Below are positions 36,060-48,980 of a stretch of DNA of 64,000 bases, one piece after another. Below the pieces are notes generated by a model. That model made no database searches, was not told where the DNA came from, and saw only the letters and a list, made by a program, of their open reading frames with translations. The stretch comes from Eledone cirrhosa. Its lineage: Eukaryota. The position numbers were made by a program, and so were the translations under genes. The stretch spans positions 8,308,001-8,372,000 of the forward strand of contig OZ024752.1 of NCBI GenBank assembly GCA_964016885.1, given 5' to 3'. Numbering within the stretch: position 1 is the first letter of the stretch; every line of letters starts with the position of its first letter.

Positions 36060-36482
36060 TTAACCCTTTAGCATTTAAACTGGCTGTATCCGGCCAGAAT
36101 TCTCACCTCTTTCTGTTCAAATTGGCTGCAACCAGCCACTCATACTGATGTTAAGGTATTGTTCTCAAAATAAATAATTGTTTCTACTTTTGGCACAAGG
36201 CCAGCAATTATCCCAGTGCATTACTGGTACTTTATTTTATCGACCCTGTAAGGATGAAAGGCAAAGTTAACCTTGGCGGGATTTGAACTCAGATCATAAA
36301 GGGCCATAACTCTGCTGCAAAGCATGGCGTCTGACCCTCTACCGATACTGCCAATCCATCGGCCTAAAATAATCCACCGTTCTCAAATAATATCAAAATC
36401 TCAGATTTGATATTATGTGAGATAAAGCCTTTATTGTTAAAGTATAGTAGTGTATAATGTAATGTAAATGCTAAAGGGTTAA
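36060..36482. mobile_element. piggyBac-type MITE interrupted by a family-B SINE (~36180-36365, minus strand)
   Basis: TTAA-CCCTTTAGCATTT...AAATGCTAAAGGG-TTAA. The MITE body resumes (TTCTCAAATAATATCAAAATCTC) after the SINE. Confidence 0.82.
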
Positions 36483-36765
36483 ACGAGAAATAAAAAAAAA
36501 AAAAATAAAAAACTAGATAGTACTGTTTTACTGCCTTCAGTCATTAGACTGGGCATGCTGGGGCATGGCCTTCATTTAGTTGAGCATATCAACCCCAGTA
36601 CGTATTTCTTTTTGTTAAACTACTTAGCTACGGAGCAAATACAGCCCCTTTCCCCTCCGCAAACAGACGTCTGACGACCTTTTGATTCTAAGTTGGGCCC
36701 GACCAAAAGAGATTAAACCTTGAGCCGACCAAATGTGAAACACGCATCACACCTGAATAAACTCA

Positions 36766-37054
36766 TCTATCATCATCATCATTTTACGTCCGCTTTTCCC
36801 TGCTTGCAAGGGTGGGACGGGAACTGCTTCTGGCTTGATTTCTACAGCTGGATGCCCTTCCTAACACCAACCTCATTTGCCATGGCACCTACACATCCAC
36901 TTTGCTCCAGTTTACTCTATAGTTGAGTAAACTGGAGCAATGTGAAATAAAGTGTTTTGCTCAAGAAAACAACACATCACCCGGTCTGAGAATTGAACTC
37001 ACAACCTTTCGATTGCAAGCCCAATGATCTAACCACTAAGCCATGTGCCTCCAC
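36766..37054 (-). mobile_element. Family-A SINE, left member of an inverted pair
   Basis: Reverse complement of 37378-37714 with an internal deletion. Confidence 0.85.
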
Positions 37055-37377
37055 CTATACTTAATAATATTACATTCTGCTTAGTACAGCCCCAAACTAC
37101 ATACTGGAAACAATACAGCGTATGCTCAATGTGGTGAACCAACAGTAACTTGTCGTTACAATCCCTAAACTATATATATGGTATAACGCTCCACATCGGA
37201 TACTGGATTAGTCCCTTTATTTTCCTCGGAAGAAGAGATCTCAATCTCAAAATATCAGGACATAAATTAAGGTAAAAAACACTTAACATCTCGTTTCCTC
37301 AGACTTTGTTTATCTGTTCCATTTCACATTGTCGGGGCTTTCAAACTTTGAATTCTTTATACATTATATATATATAT

Positions 37378-37714
37378 GGAGGCACATGGCTTAGTGGTTA
37401 GAGCATTGGCCTTGCAATCGAAAGGTTGTGAGTTCAATTCTCAGACCGGGTGATGTGTTGTTTCCTTGAGCAAGACACTTTATTTCACATTGCTCCAGTT
37501 TACTCAGCTGTAGAAATGAGATGATAGGGACTGGGGTCCCTATCATTCCACTGCAAAGTGGTCGTGGAGGTGCCACGGCAAAAAAGCACCCAGCACTCAC
37601 TGTAAATGAGGTTGGTGTTAGGAGGGCATCCAGCTGTAGAAATCAAGCCAGAATCAGTTTCCGTCCCACCCTGGCAAGCAGGGAAAAGCGGACGTAAAAT
37701 GATGATGATGATGA
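37378..37714 (+). mobile_element. Full-length family-A SINE (tRNA head, CORE-like centre, RTE tail)
   Basis: A-box TGGCTTAGTGG, B-box GAGTTCAATTC, CORE-like TCCTTGAGCAAGACACTT. The tail GTTGGTGTTAGGAGGGCATCCAGCTGTAGAAA...GGACGT-(GAT)n is shared with the RTE LINE. Confidence 0.88.
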
Positions 37715-37908
37715 TATATATATATATATTTATAGAGGAGATGACGAAGGACCATGATAAGTGAGAGATGCTGTGCTGAATAGGACCTGTCCAACCCTTG
37801 CAAGCAGGGAAAAGCAGACATAAAATGCTAATGATGATAATATATATATATTAAGGTGCTGTGTTGTCATGTACATGGGACAAACTTCGTATATAAGTAT
37901 ATATATAT

Positions 37909-38298
37909 TAAATACAAAGTAAAACCTACTACAGTCAGTAGGCATCTCTAACAAAATACACCCCCGTCCCACCACCCCCACCCCATCCACACCGCCCCTT
38001 TCAATGTAAAGTTATGTTGGTGCCACAACATCCAGGCCGAAACAAATGAGATCGTGTAGGTGTCACGTCAAAAAAACACAGTCCACGCTGTAATGTGGCC
38101 GTGTAGGCAACACAGTAAAAACCTCCCAGTCCCACACTGTAAATGTGGTTGGTGTTAGGAAGGGCATCCAGCTGTAGAAAACCCGCCAGATAGTCCTATG
38201 CGAGCAAGATAACCACTCTTGCCTCAAGTGAGAAAACCCTCCGTCCAAACCCATGCAAGCATGGAACACGGACGTTAAACGATGATGATGATGATGAT
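37909..38298 (+). mobile_element. Short 5'-truncated RTE copy (3' UTR only)
   Basis: Matches 35217-35703 but with one fewer internal repeat; (GAT)n tail. Confidence 0.88.
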
Positions 38299-38957
38299 AT
38301 ATATATATATATATATATACACATACAATGTTCTTCTACAGCTTTCCTCAATCAAATTTCAATAATGAAACATTAGCCAACACAAAGTTATAGTAGAAGA
38401 CACCCAAGGTGCCATGCAGTACACCCAAGGTGCCAAGCAGTACACCCAAGGTACCATGTAGTATGCCCACCATGTAGTACATGCAAGGTACCATGTAGTA
38501 CGCCTAATGTGCCATGTAGTATAACCAAACTACCATGTAGCCAGTAAATTCCTCAACCACACGGCCATGTCTGCACCTATATTCTACCATTAAAAAAAAG
38601 TTGATCGACAAGATCCCAGACCTCATTTGCTTAACGAGTGCAGTGGAGCTCGTCAAATTGGACCAAGGAAACAATGTTTCCATTTGTCTTTCCAATTGCT
38701 AATACTATCTGTCGGTCACAACGTGAAATAAAGTGTGTTGCTCAAGGACATAACATAGCCCCGTTTGGGAATCAAACAACCTCACAATTGCAATTGTGAA
38801 GTGACACGCCTTCACAAAGGACATTTGCAGTATTAGAGTAAAGATTTTAATTTACAATGTGATGCAGACATAATGGTCTCACACTTTCCAAGAATATCTT
38901 GTTAATGCAGTTTTGGTGGAGGATGTTACGATACAACCCAATTTAAAGTTTTAGTAC

Positions 38958-39099
38958 CTCGCCGCCAGGTAAAGGTTTCGCTCCAATGGCTTCGTTGAGG
39001 TCAACAATCTCATCAGTGGGGCCAGCAAGCAGAGAAGTACCAGTATCAGCAATAGCTGCACAGCCCTTTGCACAGAATGTTTTTTTATTCACAGATACA
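38958..39099 (-). CDS. CTSD: Cathepsin D exon 7 (second catalytic DTG)
   Basis: TTGTAG acceptor; (S)[47 protein letters not shown]; GAG|GTACTA donor; 142 nt. Confidence 0.95.
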
Positions 39100-39659
39100 C
39101 TACAAGAGAAAATAGAATACAGTCGATAAGAAAAAACTATAACTCGATATTATTAAATGACAAATTTCTCAAAACAAGTATGTGGGAAAATGGCAGAGTT
39201 GTTAAAGTAGAGGTGTTGATAAGGTCCAGGGTAGTACTGGGGCCTAAGGGGGTGGTGGGGTGGTAGAGATAATATAATACTATATTAAATATCAAATAAT
39301 ATATATTATATATAAATATAGTAAAATAAAAAATATATATTTATTTATACATAGTATATATTATATTATTTATTATATATAAATTAACGATTTAATTTAT
39401 TATATATTATTTACAATTTGTGTGTAGGGATGTCTCTTGGAAATAGGAGTGGGGCGCTGGGGGGTATTACATGGTCGTGAGGGGAGGGGGTAGTGGCCCC
39501 AAAAAGGTTTCAGAACCTCTGCTTTATATTATCAACCCTGGATGACCGAAAGGTAAAGTTATTCTACACAGAATTTCAACTTAGAATATAGGGAACCAGA
39601 ACAAATACTGCAAAACTTTTTGTCCAGGGCTCTAACAATGGATCCTTATCTAGGCACCA

Positions 39660-40312
39660 GGCTAGCAAGAAAGGGGATTAAATAGACCCAAGAGCATTAC
39701 TGGTATTTTATTTCATCGACCCTGCAATGATGAAAGACAAAGCTAAGTCTGGTGGGATTTGAACCGAGAACGGAAAGGGCCGCAACTGCCACAAAGCATG
39801 TCCATTGCTCAACCGATTCTGCCAAACCACCGCCCTGATAATAATACTCGTTTCTACTATAGACACAAGGCCAACAATTTTGGGGGACGGGAAAAAAAAA
39901 AAAAAAAAAAAAATCAATCAATTAAATTGACCTCATTGTATTACTGGTACTTTATTTTACTGAACCCGTAAGGATGAAAGGCAAAGTTAACTTCGGCGGG
40001 ATTAGAACTCAGAATGCAAAGGGCCAAAACTCTATACCACAAAGCACGTTCCACGCTCCACCGTTCCTACCAAACCACCGTGCTGATAATAAATAATGAT
40101 TTCTAGAATAGGCACAAGGCCAGCAATTTTAGGGGAGGGAAAAGTCGATTAAATTGACCCCAGTGTGTGGCTGGTACTTTATTTTATCGACCCCCGTAAG
40201 GATGAAAGGCAAAGTTATCTTCGGTGGGATTTGAACTCAGACCATAAAGGGCCGTAACTATGCTGCAAAGCATGGCGTCCGACCCTCTACCTATACTGCC
40301 AATCCACCGCCC
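39660..40312 (-). mobile_element. Three tandem family-B SINE copies
   Basis: Three repeats of GGCACAAGGCCAGC...ACTGGTACTTTATTTTATCGACCC...GATGAAAGGCAAAG...GGATTTGAAC...CCACCG. Confidence 0.82.
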
Positions 40313-40409
40313 TTATAATAAATAATAATGCTTTCTTTATAATAATAAATAATAATGACAACAACGATGATGAAAGACAGGGTATATCTACTGTTTTAAG
40401 AAAACATAC

Positions 40410-40532
40410 CTGTCCATTTTAATCTGCCAGTAACCCTTCTTAACAACAGGTAGATAGGTCACGTTACCAGTATAGTGTTTAGGATCAGAACCTCCTAAAA
40501 TCAACTCACCACCTTCCTTGGCATCTGGGTCA
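40410..40532 (-). CDS. CTSD: Cathepsin D exon 6
   Basis: TTTAG acceptor; (R)[40 protein letters not shown]; AG|GTATGT donor; 123 nt. Confidence 0.95.
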
Positions 40533-40667
40533 CTAAATTTGAAATGAAAGGAGAAAAAGAAAATTAGACAGGTAAACATCTTTTTAGTAATATAATAATA
40601 AAAAATACACCTCGTGTTTACCTGGCTTCCTGTGAAGTTGCATCTCTCAGAAAGTTTCTCAAGTGTT

Positions 40668-40852
40668 TTAACCTTTTAGTATTTAGACCAACCACATCTG
40701 GCCACTCATACTGATGTTAAGGTATTGTTCTCAAAATAAATAATATAAAAATCTCATAGATTCGATATTATGTGAGATAATTATCTAAGATAAAGCCTTT
40801 ACTACAAACATACAATATTAGATATAGAGTAATGTAAATGCTAAAGGGTTAA
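40668..40852. mobile_element. piggyBac-type MITE
   Basis: TTAA-CCTTTTAG...GCTAAAGGG-TTAA; the body matches the family. Confidence 0.78.
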
Positions 40853-41037
40853 TATGAGACCCCAGTCCTATCATGAAAAGCCACATAAAATGAAATAAAT
40901 TGCTCAAACACAACACACTGCTTGGTCCAGGAATTGAACCCACGACCATATGTACGTTGAAACCTTAACTACCAGGCTACAAGCCTTTACATAGTTCAAC
41001 ATAGGTTAATTAGAAAAGTTCATGAGGGCGAACTTAC

Positions 41038-41237
41038 CGGTTGATATAGAAAGAAAAGACAGGACTATCAACAATTTTCTGAGCCACCATTTGATAGAAA
41101 ACTGGTTTAACTCCATCAACAGAAATAGTATCATATGCCATTCCAAGAATTCCATCAAATTTAGCAACAACAAACACAATTCCTGGCTCTTGTATCGCCT
41201 CAGCAAATGTTTGACCAACCACAGTTGCTGAGCCAAC
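41038..41237 (-). CDS. CTSD: Cathepsin D exon 5
   Basis: TTTTGTAG acceptor; [35 protein letters not shown]...VFSFYIN; CG|GTAAGT donor; 200 nt. Confidence 0.95.
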
Positions 41238-42163
41238 CTACAAAACAGAAATGGCACAAGAAAATATTTAACCCTTTTGTTACCATATCTTTACCATACA
41301 GTCCTATACGAGCGAGACACGGTCACCCGATCAATCTTGCCTCAAATGGGACAACTCCTGTCTAACTCATGCTAGCATGGAAGATAGACATTAAACAATG
41401 ATGATGATAATGATGATTTTTTTAATGAAAGACTGTACTAATAGAGACTTGGCCTATGATAACACGTCCAACCCATTCTGGCATGGATGAACAGATGGTA
41501 AATTGTGGTGTTGGTGGGGTGGAAACAATCTTCAGAGTTTTAGTTTCAACAATAACATTTTATGTTTAGAGAAAAGTAATAAAAATGTCAAAATTATTTT
41601 ATATGGATAAAATATTTTCTAAAGATAAATTCAAAAGAAAAGCTTATGTCAAATTCCCATCAGAGTTTAGCAACAATTACAAGACTTTTGAACCTTTCTG
41701 TGGCTGTATTTCTAATGAAATATACTCAATATTTAAGTCTTTTGAGATATTTACTAAAATTATTAACTTTCTGCCAGTAATTGTGGAAGATAGTATCAGC
41801 AATGGAAATGTTTCCTAGGTCTGATTTCGTGAGTTCCACCCTACTCGGTACATGACGAGGTCTAGGACCTTGTCAATTCATCAACAATTTCATTACTAAA
41901 ATAGAACAATGAAGACTAATTACCTAATTTTTAAGGTTAATCTTAAGAAACAAGCTTTAAAATAATAGTTTCAACAAATTCATTAATAAGTAATAATCAA
42001 GACTTCATGGTTAGGGTATCCGGCCGTGCATTGCGTCCTTGAGCAAGACACTTTAGTTCACGTTGCTCCAGTACCGTCAGCTGGCAAAAATGAGTTGTAC
42101 TTGTAATTCAAAGAACCAGTCTTGTCACATTCTGTGTCACGCTGAATCTCCCTGAGAACTATG

Positions 42164-42392
42164 TTAACCCTTTAGCATTTTAACCGGCCATATCCGGCCA
42201 GAATTCTCTCACCTCTTTCTGTTCAAACTAGCTATAACTGTCCACTCATACTGATGTTAAGGTATTGTTCTCAAAGTAAATAATATCAAAATCTCATAGC
42301 TTCGATATTATGTGAGATAATTATGTAAGGTAAGGCTTTTACCACAAAAATACAATAGTATATATAAAGTAATGTAAATGCTAAAGAGTTAA
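42164..42392. mobile_element. piggyBac-type MITE inserted into a CORE-like SINE remnant (~42000-42490)
   Basis: TTAA-CCCTTTAGCATTT...AAATGCTAAAGAG-TTAA. The left flank carries TCCTTGAGCAAGACACTT. Confidence 0.8.
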
Positions 42393-42583
42393 GGGTATGC
42401 ATGTTTGTGGAATGCTCAGCCACTGGCATATTTCACGAACAGGCTGTTCCGTTGACAGAATCAACTGGAACACTCATCATAACTGCCGGATTGTCAGTTC
42501 AGTCAAAATTATGATAAAATATTTTCAAATGATATTTTTTTTTATTTGCTTAAGTTTTTGTAGAAGACATTCAATATACTTAC

Positions 42584-42702
42584 TCTTACTGTGTCTGTAC
42601 TCAAGAAACCTGATAAACTACCACTTCCATATCTTATATTAAATTCAGTTCCGTTTGCCTTATATGTAGAAGATGTTGTATCGTCGTATTTGTTATGAGT
42701 CA
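42584..42702 (-). CDS. CTSD: Cathepsin D exon 4 (flap region)
   Basis: TTTTTCAG acceptor; (L)[39 protein letters not shown] with an NGT sequon; AGA|GTAAGT donor; 119 nt. Confidence 0.95.
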
Positions 42703-43714
42703 CTGAAAAAAAAACAATTTATTTTAGGTGGCACCAAAAGATTACCATCAATTTAAATATTGTGTTACACAGGTGGCAAATATCCAGACAATGGAGCAAC
42801 GACTGACTTCTTGGAGTTTTCAAAATAATACAAATATTAGCTACAAATAATTGTTTCTCCTTTTGGCACAAGGCCAGCAATTACCCAAGTGTATTACTGG
42901 TGCTTTCTTTCATCGACCCCGTAAAGATGAAAGGCAAAGCTAACCTCAGCGGGATTTGAACTCAGACCGTAAAGGGACGTAACTATGCTCGAAAGCATGG
43001 CGTCCGACACGTCCAACATAGTGAAAAATGGACAGAAATATTGGAAGGAATGTAGAGATATGCTATATCAAATTTCAATCCTTCATTATCTCAGCCATAT
43101 TTGTCAACATTTAAAACATCAGGCAGTAAAAGTTAGAGAAAGACAGAGCTTGGATGAACTGAGGGAGAAACTGGGTTTAACCCTTTAGCATTTAAACTGG
43201 CCGTATCGGTCAGAATTCTCTCACCTCTATCTATTCAAACCAGCTGTAACTGGTCACTCATACAGACATGTTATGTTCTGATATGTTAGAGTTTTGAGGG
43301 AACACCACCAATGTGGCATTACACTGAATGGAAACAGCATGAGGAATTTTTATTTTTGTTCATATTTTATTTATGTAACTTTCTGCTTATGTAATAGCTG
43401 TCTGATGAGGGCATAACTGTTACATAACAGCTGCCATTGAAATAAGTATAACAGCGATTGTGTAACAAAAAAGCGAGGTAAATTCTCACTTCTACTCCAT
43501 TGTTATATTAATACTTCGGAATACACAGACCTAATGTATACAACGTTGACTGCTCTATCCTGCATACACTAGTATTGATTGATTAACTAACAAAATACAC
43601 CAATGAGTATGTATATATATATATATATATACACACACACATACATACATGTCCATGTATGTCTCAATTTAGAAGTTCAACAAAAAGAGGTTGATAAAAT
43701 AAGTACTGGGGAGT

Positions 43715-44285
43715 CATCATCATCATCGTTTAACGTCCATTTTTCACGCTAGCATGGGTTACATGGATTGACGCATTAGAGACAATTTGGATGAGGTGAC
43801 TGTCATGCTCATATAGGACTGTTTCTGGTTAGATTTCTATAGCTGAATGCACTTCCTAACACCAACCACATTTACAGTGTGGGCTGGGTGCCTTTTGTCA
43901 TGCCACCTACACAACCACTTTACAGTGTGGGCTGGGTGTCTTTTGTCATGACACCTACAGGACCACTTTACAGTGTGGACTGGGTGCTTTTTGTCGTGAC
44001 ACCTACACAACCACTTTACAGTGTGGGCTGGGTGCTTTTTATCATGACACCTACACAACTACTTTACAGTGTGGACTGGGTGCTTTTTGTCATGACACCA
44101 ACACTGTCACTTTACAGTGTGGGCTGGGCACTTTTTACCATGACACCAACACTATCACTTTACAGTGTGGGCTGGGCACTTTTTGTCGTGACACCTACAT
44201 GACCACTTAACAGTGCGAACTGGGTGCTTTTTACCATGACACCAACACTCACTTTACAGTGTGGGCTGGGCACTTTTTGTCATGT
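43715..44285 (-). mobile_element. RTE 3' tail carrying ~9 tandem copies of the 49-bp unit
   Basis: (CAT)n-CGTTTAACGTCC tail followed by repeats of CCACTTTACAGTGTGG(G/A)CTGGGTGCTTTTTGTCATGACACCTACAC. Confidence 0.85.
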
Positions 44286-44351
44286 GATCTTTTTTTTTTT
44301 CTTTTTATACGATACATCAACTGCTATGTTTGAAATTAAGACAAATGTTTA

Positions 44352-44549
<198 letters not shown>

Positions 44550-44639
44550 TTAATGTCTGCTTCCCCTGCTAGCATGGGTTGGATGGGTCTACATAGACCA
44601 AGCCAGTACTGAAGCAGGGCTATATATATATATATATAT

Positions 44640-44676
<37 letters not shown>

Positions 44677-45444
44677 CGATACGATTGGAAGGATAGTAAA
44701 ATCGAACTTGTGACGGTTGGCCAAACTCCATGATAGAACAAAAATTTGGATTTGCATAAAGCACTCAATACGACTGTATCAATAAATCAATAGGTTACCC
44801 CTTAGAGTCAAACATACGTTAGAGTGTGACAAATTGAAAACTGGTTAAGGGGACAAGGCCACAGAAGCCACCACAACAATGGAAATACAATCAGATTATC
44901 ATCATCATCTTCGTTTAACGTCCATCTTCCACGCTAGCATGGGTTAGACGGGAGTTGTCCCACTTGAGGAAAGGGTGGTCGGGTGACCATGTCTTGCTCA
45001 TATAGGACTATCTGGCAGGTTTTCTACGGCTGGATGCCCTTCCTAACACCAGCCACATTACAGCGTGGACTGTGTGTTTTATATATATATATATGATAGA
45101 ACCTAAAAATTATTCATGGAAACCACTGCTTATTTGTGGAATCATAAATATCTTCTGCAATTTCTTATGGACGCCCCATCGCATAAGACACTCCCTTTTT
45201 TTTTTAATTTATTTTATTTTATGTTATATTTTTATGAACCATGTCCAATATTGGCAGTTTTTCACTCTTCGCGGGTACTCTAGGAATGTACCCCTGCTAA
45301 TACTGGGGACAACTGTATACAACTCCTGCTAGCATGGAAGATGGACGTTAAATGATGATGATTATATATATATCACCCCACTCAAGAGCTTGAAACTAAT
45401 AAACCTTTGTTCGTACTGCCTCTGTTTTGTTCCCGTTCAATTTT

Positions 45445-45479
<35 letters not shown>

Positions 45480-45550
45480 TTGTTTCCTTGAGTGATGATG
45501 ATGATAGATATATATATATAGATATATTGTTGGACGTTAAATGATGATGA

Positions 45551-45584
<34 letters not shown>

Positions 45585-45826
45585 TTGTTTCCTTGAGCAA
45601 GGCACTTTATTTCACATTGCTCTAGTTTACTCAGTTGTAAAAATGAGATGATAGGACTGGGGTCCATATCATTCCACTGCAAAGTGGTCGTGGAGGTGCC
45701 AGCACACTGTAAATGAGGTTGGTGTTAGGAAGGGCATCCAGCTGTAGAAATCAAGCCAGAATCAGTTCCCGTCCCACCCTTGCAAGCAGGGAAAAAGCAG
45801 ACGTAAAATGAAATGATGATGAATGA
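45585..45826 (+). mobile_element. 5'-truncated family-A SINE
   Basis: Matches 37455-37714. Confidence 0.8.
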
Positions 45827-46195
45827 TATATATATATCTATCATCATTTAATGTCCATCTTCCATGCTAGCATGAGTTATATACAGTTGTCTCCCAGTAT
45901 ACATACATACACACAGATCCATATGAGCAAGGTGTGGGGCCATTTCACATGGCTGGTCTCATAATAATAATAATAATAATAATAATAATATGACCCGTCA
46001 CACGAGACAAGTCAGAGTGTAAAGGGCCATAACTATGCTGCAAAGCATGTCCGACGCTCTACCGATTCTGCCAATCTACTGCCCTGATTTTTAAATAATT
46101 GTTTCTACTTTTGACACAAGGCAGCAATTATCCCAGTGTATTACTGGTACTTTATTTTTAAAAAATAAAAGGAAATAGTGTGAAAAATTCCTTAC

Positions 46196-46334
46196 ATCAA
46201 GATAATTGGAGAGAGGCTCTGGGACTGGACCACCATATTTAGAGGTAAGGGGGTGGTAATATTTCAACATATCCCTGGTCGTACCCTTACTTAACAGGTC
46301 ATTGTAGACACTGGTCATTTTATGTAATTTAATT
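46196..46334 (-). CDS. CTSD: Cathepsin D exon 2 (propeptide and start of the mature chain)
   Basis: TTCCAG acceptor; (R)IKLHKMTSVYNDLLSKGTTRDMLKYYHPLTSKYGGPVPEPLSNYLD; GAT|GTAAGG donor; 139 nt. It starts in phase 2, so an upstream signal-peptide exon is required. Confidence 0.92.
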
Positions 46335-46369
46335 CTGGAATAGAAAAGAAAATTACTCAGACAATAGAA

Positions 46370-46625
46370 GGGATTAACATAGGGACAGTGCTACATGAAA
46401 GATTGACACAGGGACAGTGCTACATAAAAGAGATTAACACAGGAACAGTGCTACATGAAAGATTGACACAGGGACAGTGCTACATAAAAGAGATTAACAT
46501 AGGAACAGTGCTACATAAAAGAGAAACAGGGACAGTGCTACATGAAAGACAATAGAAGGGATTAACATAAGAACAGTGCTACATGAAGGATATTAGAAGG
46601 GATCAACATAAGGACAATGCTACAT
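46370..46625. repeat. ~29-32-bp minisatellite next to the CTSD exon 2 acceptor
   Basis: About 8 copies of AGG(G/A)ACAGTGCTACAT(G/A)AAAGA. Confidence 0.8.
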
Positions 46626-46938
46626 GTGCGTTCTACATGTACAATAAACATGATACGCAGACACTGTATATATTTGTGTAAAAGTTGGTCTCATGAATGC
46701 TGATCCCACCCCATCTATGACCCTAACATGTTGGATTTTTCCATTATCTTCTGTAAATGCCAACCTTAGTTCTTCCCATGCAACAGATCAATATTTGTGA
46801 ATCAAGATATGATGAGGAAATTAATTTTACTACACTATTATGATGTATAACAGTGGAAATATTTATAAAAGCTACATGGTCTTGTGTTTTGATAGTTTTA
46901 AGTGTGTTTTCATGTAGAAATATTGGTGTAATATTACT

Positions 46939-47345
46939 TTAACCTCTTAGATTTTAAACCAGCCGTAGCAGGCCAGAATTCTCACCTCTTTCTGTTCAAA
47001 CCGGCTGAAACTGGCCACTCATCTATGTTAACCCTTTAACACTTACATTATTCTATATACACTATATCTATATCTCACATATCGAATCTATGAGATTTTG
47101 ATTTTGAGAACAATAACTTAACGTCAGTATGAGCAGCCAGTTACATCCGGTTTGAACAGAGAGAAGTGAGAGAATTCTGGCCAGATATAGCCGGTTTAAA
47201 TGCTAAAGGCTTAAGGTATTGTTCTGAAAATAAATAATATCAAAATCTCATTGATTTGATATTATGTGAGATATTATGTGAAATAAAGTGTTTACCGTGA
47301 AAATACAACAGTATATATAGAGTAATGTAAATGGTAACAGGTTAA
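46939..47345. mobile_element. piggyBac-type MITE with a second copy nested in opposite orientation (47028-47214)
   Basis: The outer copy is split at its internal ATG-TTAA-GGTATT. The inner copy is bounded by duplicated TTAA at 47028-47031 and 47211-47214. Confidence 0.85.
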
Positions 47346-47669
47346 GTAGATTATCACCTGTCATAATAATTATGTGAGTATACAGTCACTACTGTTAGTA
47401 ACAGTGGATAAATAGTAGACCCAGCCAACCCTAGCTGAAACTGGATGTTAAATGATGATGATGCACATAAATATGTGTAACTAGTTTACAACAGGTACAC
47501 CATATCCCAGCACACCAAAAGAAGAAACTAAATCAGTTGGTGTCAAGGAGGACAGCCGGCTGTAAAACATTGCCTCAAATAGTTCCACCCAACCCATTCC
47601 AGCAAGGAAAAGTTGATACAAAAACAATGATGATGCATACACAAACACACATTATATATATGATTATTA

Positions 47670-47930
47670 TTACATCATATGTAAAGGTTGGCACGAATAC
47701 CAAATTGAAGATAGAAAGTTTGGCTTTTTCCCTTCTGATTACTGAATGCTGAAGCTGGCACATTACTGCACCAGCTCCTGCATTTCTTGCACTTAATTCA
47801 ACCTCTTGCCTTTCATCACTCATGTACACGGCCCTGAGATACTTGAACCTCTACCCGCTTCGGTGGATCCATTCACATGTACAGTGCACTGCACAGGCTT
47901 CCTTGGGAGGACAAATGTCTCTGCACTGAT
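47670..47930 (-). mobile_element. Decayed RTE-type RT fragment
   Basis: Minus translation SDERQEVELSARNAGAGAVM...KAKLSIFNLVFVPTFTY resembles the post-RT region of RTE elements. Confidence 0.55.
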
Positions 47931-47934
47931 TTTC

Positions 47935-48477
47935 AAACCACACAACCATTGCGTATGCATGAAGTTGACACAAACCACACAACCATTGTGTGTGTGTGTG
48001 AAGTTGACACAAACCACACAACCATTGTGTGTGTGTGTGAAGTTGACACAAACCACACAACCATTGTGTGTGTGTGTGAAGTTGACACAAACCACACAAC
48101 CATTGTGTATGCATGAAGTTGACACAAACCACACAACCATTGTGTGTGTGAAGTGAACACAAACCACACAACCATTGTGTGTGTGTGTGAAGTGAACACA
48201 AACCACACAACCATTGCGTATGCGTGAAGTTGACACAAACCACACAACCATTGTGTGTGTGTGTGAAGTGAACACAAACCACACAACCATTGCGTATGCG
48301 TGAAGTTGACACAAACCACACAACCATTGTGTGTGTGTGTGAAGTGAACACAAACCACACAACCATTGTGTGTGTGTGTGAAGTTGACACAAACCACACA
48401 ACCATTGTGTGTGTGAAGTTGACACAAACCACACAACCATTGTGTGTGTGTGTGAAGTGAACACAAACCACACAACC

Positions 48478-48525
<48 letters not shown>

Positions 48526-48774
48526 GTGAACACAAACCACACAACCATTGTGTGTGTGTGTGAAGTGAACACAAACCACACAACCATTGCGTATGCGTGA
48601 AGTTGACACAAACCACACAACCATTGTGTGTGTGTGTGAAGTGAACACAAACCACACAACCATTGTGTGTGTGTGTGAAGTTGACACAAACCACACAACC
48701 ATTGTGTGTGTGAAGTTGACACAAACCACACAACCATTGTGTGTGTGTGTGAAGTGAACACAAACCACACAACC

Positions 48775-48816
<42 letters not shown>

Positions 48817-48980
48817 GTGAACACAAACCACACAACCATTGTGTGTGTGTGTGAAGTTGACACAAACCACACAACCATTGCGTATGCGTGAAGTGAACAC
48901 AAACCACACAACCATTGTGTGTGTGTGTGTGAAGTGAACACAAACCACACAACCATTGTGTATGCGTGGAGTGAACACAA
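47935..48980. repeat. ~39-bp minisatellite with a variable internal (TG)n
   Basis: GAAGT(TG/GA)ACACAAACCACACAACCATT(GT)n, ~26 units. All long ORFs here are periodic artefacts. Confidence 0.95.

Noticed and set aside
37378-37450. tRNA gene
   Set aside because: It has A/B boxes but continues into CORE-like and LINE-tail sequence and is multi-copy, so it is a SINE head. I could not build a convincing cloverleaf.
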